Assembly: GCF_001194135.2 (NCBI RefSeq) | Contig: NC_068982.1 | Span: forward strand, 93,099,064-93,163,063 | DNA length: 64,000 nucleotides | From: Octopus bimaculoides | Lineage: Eukaryota | Direction of reading: 5' to 3' | In this document: positions 40,401 to 52,400 of the stretch, one piece after another | How positions within the stretch are numbered: the first letter of the stretch is position 1 | Layout of the letters: every line of letters begins with the position of its first letter | The notes under the pieces: model-generated | The model's input: the letters and a program-made list of their open reading frames with translations, nothing else | What the model was told of the DNA's origin: nothing | Database searches by the model: none | Made by a program: the position numbers and the translations under genes

Positions 40401-43400
40401 ACTGTGTTTTTGCATAACCAAATAACTTTAAGAACTTTATTTGATGTAGAAATTTTATGGAGAATCTTGCCTCTCACAATATAGAAACATTTCTCATGGC
40501 ATCAGCGAGGGAAAAGCACTGTAACAGTCACTCTGACTCATGTGGCTCATACTTGTGGATAGCAATTTCCACCCTGATAGCAATAAGCAGGGATATGGTC
40601 CGAGAGCCAAGAATACTGGAGGTCTCAACTGCCACAGCCCTGATCTTAAACCTGTTGGAGAGCAACTGATACTTTGACATTTGGTTTTTCTCAGCCTGAC
40701 AAGTGGTGGAGCCTGGGTTGGTAACTGACAACAGAAAGTTGTCACTGGAGATGGTATCACAGCATGTGGTATCACAGATGAGAGGCCTACTGAATGAGAA
40801 AACTGTCATTTCCAGACGTATTTTCCTACTTTTTATAATAATATTTGGTTGGAAAGAGGATTTCAATTTTTCTCCTTATGAATTTGTTATGATAAATCTT
40901 TTTTGTGCTATCATTATTTGGAAGAAAAAGCCACAACACATAGTGGATGTTAATCAGTTAGATTTCAGATACAACAACCTTGTCAAACACAAAAGTGATT
41001 CCACTAACATTGCCAAGCGCAAAAAAAAAAATGATCCTGCTGTTAAACACACACCATAAAACAATACTATCCAAAACACAACATTATTGAACAGTGTATA
41101 TTATTCATATTAGTCAGACTGGTGTCATCTATTTGATTGTTACTTTCACTACATTTCAGCAGTTGTACACTCTAGCTCTTTACAGGTATCTTATGTTGAA
41201 CTTGGTTGTTGAATTGGAACTTTGAACCTAACTTTTTATTTGATCAACAAGGGTACACTGTTTCTCATTCCACTCTCATGACCCCATGGATCAAATAAAG
41301 GGTTAGGTTCGAAATTCTCAAACAACAACCAAGACACCTGATGAAGGCTGAAGCATACAACAGGTGAAACATGGTGAAAGCAACTATCAAAATGAGGACA
41401 CCACTCTGACTAATATATACTATGTATACATAAAATGAATTCCTCATCTCAGAAATATAGAATTGTATTATTGAATAGTGTCAAGTACACAACCTGTCAA
41501 GAACCTAACAGACACAGCAACAATGTCAAACATACACCCTGTCTAACCCAATTATATTGCTAAACCCAAAAGTGATTAAATAAAATTGCTAAAAGGAACA
41601 TAGTAAAGTGTCATTATGTTAACTGTTTATCTGTAATAGCTTGGGATTCAAGGGCCCACAGCTATTTAAGACCTTGCCAAAACATCTGAGGAGTCTACAT
41701 GGAATAGGAGTAGATGTTTTCAAGAAACAACTTGACCTCCTGTTGTCCAAAGTCCCAGATGAACCTGCAGCATAGCAAGAAACAGCAGTAATGTCAAGCT
41801 CCCTCCTTCACCAAAAGCCAACCACATAAGAATGGCCTTGGAAAAGGTGATTACACAGGTGGTGCTCCAATATGGCCACAACCTTTGGACTGAAATGCAT
41901 ATGTGGATTGTTTCAAAGAATTTAACAGGCTATGAACATTTCATAGCTCTGCACCACAACAATCTTGGATAGTTTGAAGGTTAGGCATAGCCTGATTGAA
42001 GATATAGGAAAGATGAATGAGTCAGAGGTACTTTAGAGGAGGTGGCATAAGAGCAGCCAGCTCTGAAGGGTAGAAGCTATTTTTGGTAAGGGAATAAAAG
42101 GTACAGAGAGTAGACAATATGTCTATAGGCCAGAGGCTGGAGCAAGTTTGTGAGTAACTTAATGCCAGTCAGTTGATTGCCCTAGAAAAAAAAAGACTAA
42201 AAAAAAAAAGGCAATAGCATAATAAATAAGATCAAAAGTATTCTTACTTCAGAGCAAAACAAATCAAATTCACTTTTGAAAAACAGCTGTCCATAAAGGA
42301 ATTGTCTAATAAGAGACTCACCACTAGGGATGTTGCAATCCTACAACAAAAATATATGAAGATATTAATGAATATTGCAGTTACAAATTATATTATTTAA
42401 TGTAAAGAGAACAAATTAAATTCAATGGTAACCAAGAAAATCTTCCGTTTTCAAAAAACAAACCACAAACAGTTCAGGCATAGCAAACTTATAGCAACAT
42501 GCTTACCTTCTACTAATCAAGATTCTCAGTTGCACCCATTTTACTCTTGATGCATAACTAATGCTATTAGATGTCACAACATTTAATTACTCAGACCTAA
42601 ATGTTCGAGGTTTTGTGCTTAGTCAATAAAAAGTGAATATTTTTTTATTTCATGCTACTAATAAAAAATTAAGGACACAATCTGGGACAGAAAATGAACA
42701 ACAAACTCACTGACATCAGTGAGCCTTTTCATTTTTTGCCTTAAATTCATGCTTATAATGTCACATCCCATTTATATAAAATACTTAACAATTAATTTAG
42801 GTTAAGTACTTTCTGAAATCTGTCAATAAATTCAAAATTAGCTTTACCATTTCTACCCATGTACCACCAACAGGAATAAAACGTCCACTCTTCACAGCAG
42901 CTTTAATTTTTGTATAGAGGGAAGGATAATGTTGTTTTACCCAGTCAAACTGTTGAGCCTAACAGTGAGGAAAAGAAATAAGAAAATTTAGTAAGATATA
43001 ATGTCAATCAAACAGCATAATATAAAAATGACAAAATGAAACTCAAAATGCCTTGTCTTTGAAACAAAGAGATTGTAGCCATGGAAGAGCAATTTTAATC
43101 TTTAGAAAACACAGAAACTATTAAATTAACATTTCATTTATTTAGAGTGTCAAAAATTTTGTTGCATATCTACAAACTAATAACTGACACTATTCCACTG
43201 CAATGCAGTTAATGATTGGGTTGTGACTGTGCATTGAAAATTTTGATACCTCAATAAATGCTTTTGTGTGTTTTTAATATTCAGCTAGAGTAAAACTAAA
43301 AAAAAAAACTGAAAATACAAAAATTGATATGGAAAATGTTTAAAATAAAGGGGTAAAATCAATTTAAGTGAAGCTGAAATCAATAAAAACATAAATGACT

Positions 43401-46400
43401 CACCTGAGAACAAACAAATTTGAAATTGGGGAATTTTTCCATGAGGCTTAATGTGCTTGACCAACTGCGAGCACACTTCCGAATGGTTTCAGCATAGGGC
43501 CAAAGCCATGCTGCCAGGAGAAATGAAACACATAGTTTTGTTTATATCATTAAATAATAAAAAATCATTAAATAACAAAAAATCATAATTACCACTAGTG
43601 GATGTTTTTTGATAACATTATTATAATGCACACAGGCTATATACAGACAGAATGTCTTTATATAGCCTGTGGCTATTGATATTCAATATATTCAGTGTAC
43701 AATGAAAATAAAACCAAAATGAATGTATTGTTTTTATATTATTATTCAAATATCTTCCATGAGCAAAGATCATGAGCACTACCCCTTCCTTCAATCAACA
43801 AATCCACTCACAAAGCTTTGGTTAATCTGGGATTTAAATACTTGCTAGAAATAAAGAATTGTAAGGGAATTGTTTCATTTTATCAACATAGCAATGAGGC
43901 AGCTGGATTTTCTCTTATCTGCAGTCAAATTAGTTCTGCCAACTTCTGATAACCTATATTGCATGATTTATGCCAGAGTGCTGTCAGCAGCTACAAAGAA
44001 GTTAGACACTATGTAACAACTGGAAATTTAAAAGCAAAGCAGATGAACAACACAATACAGACATGATACTGACGATAATTAGTGATAAAGAAAAGAACAA
44101 AGATGATAATGTTGATTATAATGATGATGATGGAAGGGATGATGATGAAGAAGAGTAATTAATCATTACCCGTATCAATGTGACAGTGTCCAATAGCATG
44201 TATCGTATGGCAGGCATCACCATTTCTTTCACTAAAGAACTTCTCTGATATCTTTATGGCACTATAAAAACATAAAAATAAAAAATAAAAATACAAGTCA
44301 TAGATAACCCAAATACCCAAATGCCTCAATTTCCTCTAATTAAACTCTGATATTTTATATCTTGTCAAATACCTTTCTTTTAATTTCAGGGTCCCCTTCA
44401 ACCATGACCTGGAGAGTTATTCAAAGTGCATATCAGCAATGTTTTTATGAAACACTAGCAGTTGCCTATAAATCTCTCCTATCCTCAGCACCAATGATAT
44501 CTAAGGGAAAGACAGGTTGATATAGCTTGGGCACAAATGCTATTTCAGGTGTTGTTATCAGAATACAAACAACTGGAACAGATATCACAGGACATTCTGT
44601 CTGACACTCATATCCACTGTATCTGATCAGTGAAAGTTCAGTTCTGCTTAGAAGTACTCTGTTAAAAATTTGTGCTTGAAGTTTATCCCTCTAGGGCAGT
44701 GGTTCCCAAACTGTTTTGGGCTGCTGTCCCCTTAGCACTTGGACTGCATTCCCCACGTCAAACCACCCCACCCCCTCTATTCACCATCACAAACATAGAG
44801 CACTTTCTGCAGAAAATTCAAAACAACTGCATTTCACAGTTAAAACTTAACCTAATTAACCCATTATCTTGTTTTTACATCCATCATCCCCTTTTGACCA
44901 CTCCATTATCAACCTCACTTTTCTTCAAGTGCCCCCCCCCCTCTGGATCTTTCCACCAGCCCTAGGGTGGTGGTACTGCTCACTTTGGGAACCACTGCTC
45001 GAGGGCATGAAATCTGGCATGTGAATACAAACAATTTAAAATTACATGTTTAAAACAACTGTGCCTGACCTCTGTGCTAGAAAACAGTTGCCAAAATATC
45101 ACTTTAGTCTGTTCAAAGTGATTGTCAGATGGAGATGAGTACAACTATTTTGACCATCTACAATGCATTGAATAATGTTAACTAGCCTTGAAGATTTGCA
45201 GAAAAAAAAAATGCTATATAGATATCAAAAGTAAGATGCTAACATTAATATCAGACAAAAATATGAAATATCACATCAATATAAAATCAGTGGTTTCCAA
45301 CAATTGAAATAGTCAAGCAGATATGGTATGATTTTAGCAGTTCATAGGTGTTCAGTTCATGTTTGCAACAGGCATTTTACTGAGCAATATACTGCAGTCT
45401 ATGGCTCAATTCACCAAACAATTGGCAATAAATACTGGATAATCTATTATGATACTTGTAGTAGAACTAGCAACTTAACAAATGTTGCTTCATTACGATC
45501 ATTTAATGTCATGAAACGAGTTAAATAATGGATCTTGAAAGTTTAGCATTAAGATACATTTGTATTTAACATTTGCAATAGTACCAGTGGATGTTGTAGT
45601 TAGAATTATTATTAATTAGTCTGTTAATTACTACAGTAGTGGGTTTAAAAATAACAGGACAACAATACAACTTCTAGCTGAGTGAGACCAAAACAAAAAT
45701 GGAGTGAAAGTAAAGTTAATATCGGTTTTATGAAAGAAAAATCTATGAACAAGTTTAAAAAACATGAGCGAGAGAGTGTTTAATGTTCTGCTCCTTTCCT
45801 TCAAATAAATTCTTCTTATAAAATCATTGTATGTAGATCCATAAATATTTTTTCCATTTCCAAACTCTTCATGAAATGTGAATATGACATACTAAGTTTC
45901 ACAATCACACTCAAATGTACAATATAGTCTTAACTAGATAAAAATAGATCTCAGGTTTATGCCAAGTTGTTCAACCAACTATGTGCTATAGGCCTACTTG
46001 GTTAGTAACAGTGACTTTGAATAACACAACAGCAACTATAGCACTTATGAATTATCTTCTATCTTTTACTTCCTTCAGTCATTCAACTGTGACCTTGCTG
46101 GAGCACTGCCTTGAAGAATTTAGTCAAACAAATCAACTCTAGTAGTCAAGTGGTGGGGGGGGGGGACAAGTACAAACACACACACATGACAGGTTTCTAA
46201 TACTCCAGTATGGCTGCAGTCAAGAGACTGAAATAAGTAAAAGAATAAAAGGATAGTTTCCATCTACCAAATTCACTCACAAAGCATTGATTGGTCTAAG
46301 GCTAAAATAGAAAAAACAAGATACTTGCCAAAATGGCATGTGATGGAACTGAACCTGAAACACTATGGTTGCTAAATGAACTTCTTGACAACACAGCCAT

Positions 46401-49400
46401 GAAGCAAGCCGTTACGAAAATGTCCAGAAATTTCTCACCTTTACCTGTCTCTACTGCATCAGCAATATACCCTGGGTATGCAGCTAGCAATTTATGTCTA
46501 ATTTCTGGATGACCCACAGATGTGTTTGAATGGTAAAAGTGTACATTAAACATAGGAGTTGGGACAGTAAAATGGAATCTCATTGTTGGTACTATTGTCT
46601 ATGCTAAACATAGCTGACAGCAGCATGAAAACTCTCTTGTTTTTCTGAAACCACAGGAGAGAAAATAAGAAATAATATCTTGTCATTATTTAATGTCATG
46701 TTCTATACTGGTATGACTTGGGCAGTTTGACAGGATCCCATGGGTCTAAGAATTGCATTGTACTCCAGTGTTTGCTTTGGTATGATTTCTACAAGCTGGC
46801 TGCTTTATTCGTGACATCAGCACTAGCGATGTTGCCATACAGCATGCAAGATTACAAACCCTGATGGGGTAGGGCTCAGCTTTATGCTAGGAGATGAGCA
46901 GCTAAGGCATGAAAGGGAGCAGGTTCTTGTTGTAGAGGAGATATATGGCCAGTTACATTTAGAGGAGAGGGTGAGAATGAACAATTGGAGCTGCAAAAGA
47001 AAGTAGAAATAATACAAATAAAGAAAAACAAACTACTTAGAAGGATATCAACCTGAATAGATATTGAGCTGTAATTTTGTTATCTAATTACAATAATTAA
47101 TTCAAGTGGTTTCCCCACACGAGGATAAAAAGGTGTGTGTAGAGTAGAACAAAGCTTTGTATAATATACCTGTTATACACTTCCGGTGTATGTTCTAGGC
47201 AAGTGTTAATCATATCATTTGCAGCATAAAGAGCCTGATACCCTCTTTCACTTGTCTCAGGAAAATGCTAAAAGAGAAGAAATTGTGAATACATATGTGA
47301 AAATAGCAAATGAGATATAAAGTGAATACACATACATGCACACACACATATAGTTTACAAGTATTACACAATCAAGGCAAGGAGACACAAAGACATACCA
47401 CACACACATACATTTATGTATTGAAATCTATGCACATGACTGAAAGAAATCCATTCTATGTACAGTGGCTTTCTTTCAGTTTCCATCTGCCAAATCCATA
47501 CACAAGGCTTTGGATGAGCTGGGGCTATAATAGAAGACACTCATCCAAAGTACCAAGCAACAAGGACTGAACCCAAGACTAGGTTATGAAGTGAGCTTCT
47601 TAACTATACACACACCTATGTGTTTGTATTAGAATATAATGTAATGATTATATTATGTTAGAAATGAAGAAGGGCCAGGGAATAGGGAGTGCAAGTGGTG
47701 TGCTTGCACCCACTAACATTTTTGAGGGGTACAAAATCAAAATTTGCACCCACTACATACTTTGCCTGGTTTAGAAGATAGCATCTAAAAATTGATCTGT
47801 AAAAAGTTGTTTGAAGTTAGGTTTCTTCTCAAAACAAGAACAAAGGAGAAATATAAATAAATAAAAAGTCCAAAATGTTAACTGATGAAGCTGGTTATAA
47901 AATTACTAAGGGAATTCTAGAAAGATACACTACTGAACTAAAGCATCATCAACATCAAAATTAAAAGTATATATATACACACATATATAGCAGTAACAAA
48001 GACATGACCAGCAGCCATGACCACACCTCAAAACTAGCACTATTAATCAACTATTAAACTCCACAATGAAAAGCCATTCACTGTTCAGTTATCCACATTC
48101 TTTATTTTCCTTGAATACTAGAAATGGCCCATCATCATCATTACCATGCTACAACTATAACCACTACTGCTCTTCTAATCAAAGAGGAATCACACTTTTC
48201 TCACCCCCACAGTCCACCTCAATCTGAATGTATACCTCACAAGTCCATGATGAATCTGCCAACTGTAAATAAAGTAAAATCTATGAATACATGAAACCCC
48301 AAAATATGCCAGTTTTCTCAATGCAAGAGACTATGCATATGTAGTAACTGTAATTTCACTCATTTACCTGGAACAAGACACAATTCATACAAGCAACACC
48401 AACCAATGCCAAAGCACACATCTTATGAGGCCACCATAACCACCACCACCACTTGTATGTGATATTTTCAATTGCTTCTTTGTCATCCTTCTGTGCAATT
48501 TTTTAATCTGTCTGTTTCAAATATATTGCTTTAGTTATAAAAATATGATTTTAATTTTTTTCACAAGCTTTTAGTAACCTGTTTAATAAATTTTTTTTAG
48601 AACTTAAATGAATGTTCTTTTTCTTTTTCTATTATTTTTACTGAATAAAAACTGTCACCATTCTGAATATGAACAATTTCCCTGTCAACATTTTGTCTTG
48701 CTGGCATCATGACTACAAGAATTTTCACATTCAGCATGCTGCCTGGATGTGTCTACTGTTGCATCTGGTTGGGTGAAAAGTTTTTTTTCTTTGGTATGAA
48801 CAGCCTGTTGGTAAAATTGAGTTGAGAATCTGCTTGTCAGCAGTTATAATGTGATAGTCCAAAGAAAATATGGCCTTCTTATCCCTAAGACATAGTTCTC
48901 CAGTCACTTTAGTAAAAAAAAAAAGCCTAAAGAGCTATATTGCAAAGATTTGCTCAGAAGATACTTAATAGCATAAAACTTACCTTTGCCATTCCATAGA
49001 GAATGTCAAAATCTCGAAGAAGATGGTATACAAGTTGGTTACGAGTGGCAATTTCCACTTTGTTTAAATTGAATTTACGATTTTCATCAGGGGGACTAAT
49101 CATACCATTTCCAACACCAAAAAGAGTGTTGCATGCCATCTCTATATACAAGACATATCTGAGGATTAAAGAAAGATGTTACAAGGAAGTTGATTTGGTA
49201 AATATATAGTGAGCATTTATGACTAGAGGCAGTGATATATTACTAATTATATGCTGAGAAAACAGTCTCATTAGTGAGTCAGACAAAATGCTCAATGGCA
49301 ATTCTTTTGATTCTTTACATTCTGAAGCCAAATCCTACCAAAGCTGATATTACTTTTCCATTCTTTCTACCTTGATAAAACTAGGTACCAATCAAGTAGT

Positions 49401-52400
49401 GGGGACAATGTAATAGACTTGCTACTGTAGTGGTGATTTGAAACCAAATTACTAGGTAAGTGGTTATGCATCATGATCAGACCACAATAGTTTTACACGA
49501 TTGATCTATTAAGCAATCAATCAGCATCAAGCCATTAAGTGATTCAATCTTCTAGAATCTTCTCCGTGTGCTTTATACAATAAAAAGGCTGCTTTTGGTG
49601 GTAATTGCAGAATGTTGAGTCAACCCCACATTGAGTCTCCGATTCTTGCCACAGTCAGACAGTTAAGACAGATGGCCGATAGTCAACAGAAATCTTTGTT
49701 GCCATGAATATAGCACAATTGTTTCCAGTTATGATTATATTATCAGCAAGCTTTTTGTAAACTTCAAGCAGTATGGCTCTTCCAGTATGTAATTATTTCT
49801 GTTGTCATTTGCAAAAGACTAACACAGTTAAAACTCAATGTATAATGATAAAATCTTCTGTTAATTGTTCATGGGTGTTGTCAGTTACTTCTTCATGCAG
49901 CTCTAGAAATACATCTTCCATTCAACAACTCAACCAGTCAACTTGCAACGCAACCTTCTCCTAAAATTGCTTCCCTTGTGCTTAAATTAGAAACCATGGT
50001 TATTATTATTATTATTGTTATTATTGAAGGCAGTGAGCTGGCAGAATCATTAGCACGGTGGACGAAATGCTTAGCAGTATTTTGCCTGTTGCTACATTCT
50101 GAGTTCAAATTCTGCCGAAGTCAACTTTGCCTTTCATCCTTTCGGGGGTTGTTAAAATAAGTGCCAGTTAAACACTGAGACCAAATCAACTAACCCGCTT
50201 CCTTGAAATTATTGGCCTTGTACCAAAATTTGAAATGTTTATTATTATTAAGGCAGGGATCCGGTAGAATTGCTAGTGAATCAAACAAAACACTTAATGA
50301 CATTTCTTCTCGCTCTTTACATTCTGAGTTCAAGTTCCACCAAGGTTAACTTTGTCTTTCATCATTTCTGGGTTGATAATATAAAATACCAGTCAAGCAC
50401 TGGGATTAATATAATTTACTAGTCCTCTTCCCTTAAAAATTACTGGCCATGTACCTAAATTACAACTACTGCTACAAGATTGGAGAGCAAAATTAGTAGA
50501 GTAAAAAACCAAATATGTTATGGTATCTAGTTTTATATCTTTGCATTTTGAATTCAGATCTTTCTGTGGCTGTCTTTGCTTTGCATCCTTCAGAGTTAAT
50601 AAAATAAAATACTTGTTATATGCTGAAAATTCTGACTCGGGGAAAAATGATCTGAAAATAAAGTATATTGACTTCGTCCAATTATCCTTATCTTCTAATG
50701 TATGAGTGCAAAAGAAACTGGTTATGACCACTACACTTTTGCTTCAGATAACCAACAAATGAGAGAGAGAGAGAGGGGGACAGAGGGAGAGCAGTACGAG
50801 TTCTTTCAAGCTTTGGGAAATGTTAACTTTCAATTAGTCTTCTATTTGTGAAAATTGGAAAGAATAAATCTTACTCAAGGTTGTCTTTTGTAGCCTTGTC
50901 AGTGAGTAAATACTCAATCCGGTCGCGTATTCCACTGAGACCCTACCAAATAAGACATTTGTCAGATTAAACATCATTATAACTGTATATAATATTTACA
51001 AATTTGAAGTTATAAGTTTCATGTTAAATTTTCTTAAGATGATTTAGATTTTCTCTATGGAGCTGGAGTAATATCATTATAAGAACAATGTTCATCATCA
51101 TCCTCATCATTGTTTTAATATTTACTTTTCCATGCTTACATGGATCAGACAAGAATACATTAACACAGAGAGCAAACCCTGATCTATTTCTAAATGAGGT
51201 AATAATCTCCCAGTCTGTCAAACAACAAACAGCCAGGATATGTTTACATGGAAAGCTGAAAACAAATGATGCATTATGATTAAGCCTTTTGTTTTGTTTA
51301 TAAAGACTGCGCAACATGTCAAGAAGCCCAGACACACTTCTGCAGTGGACTATAAGCAAAGAACACTGCTTGTATGAACAGTGAGACCTTTGATTACAAC
51401 CAGTAAATGTGTGACGATGAAGGGAAATACATACACACACATGCATACATATGTGTATGTGTGTGTATGACAGCTTCTTTCAGTTTCCGTCAACTCAATC
51501 CACATACAAACCTTTAGCTGTCCAGGGTTATAGTAGAAGACATTTACCCAAGGTGTCATATAGTGACTAAAGCTGAAATCAGGTTGGTAGGAAGCAAACT
51601 TCTTAACTACACATCCAGGTCTGCACCTGTATTTTTCAATGTCGAGGATTATAACCTACAAACCTCTCAACTATACAATTGAAAACAATACATGACATCA
51701 GAAGTTAGTTAATGATTACCTGTATTGGCTGCCCATTGTGCCAGACCATGGCTTCAGACTCCGAGTTCCATAATAAGTAGACTGCCTCATTAATAAAAGA
51801 ATCAGGAATGACAATAGTTAGACGAAACCAATGAGTAGACCAGCTGAAAAGGTGCAGAGAGAGTAGCATGACATTAGAGCTTGATTTTTGGATGTGAGGA
51901 AGAGTCAAGTTGGTGTAAGCTTGTATTAACAGAGAGAGTTGTTAAATACTGACATTACTCTAAAATACTAATAGTTCAACAGTTGCCAAACTGTTGTACT
52001 CTGATTAATGTGTCATATCTCATCAATAAAAACAACTGAGTAAAAAAGTTTGAGCAATTTTTTAAATACTAAAATCTGGATACAAAAAAATTACCCATAT
52101 GGTTATTGGGTGCTTGAAAGCAATTAAAGGAGAAAATGATATATAAAAATGGAGTTCTTGGGAAAGCTTTAAATAAGACCCAGACATAAGTGCTCTTGAT
52201 TAAGTGTACACAATTAGAGGGAATATTATGCGATAAAAATGTTGATAATCACAAAACTACTTTAGGTTTAAAGAATGTGTTATTCCTTTTTAAAATAGCA
52301 GTGTGTGATTTGAGGGAGATTTACCTGCTATATATAGCAGGTTTGCATTACTGTATGGTGACTCCTTTACTGATTCAAGAGTAGGTCGGTAATTCTTTAG

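Noticed and set aside
51140-51255. Exon-like segment encoding FPCKHILAV (SWIM zinc-finger-like) with AG/GT ends
   Set aside because: It lies inside a degraded family-3 SINE, lacks the upstream CxC of a SWIM domain, and reads CTT TCC ATG TAA in the MAN2C1 frame. Chance match.
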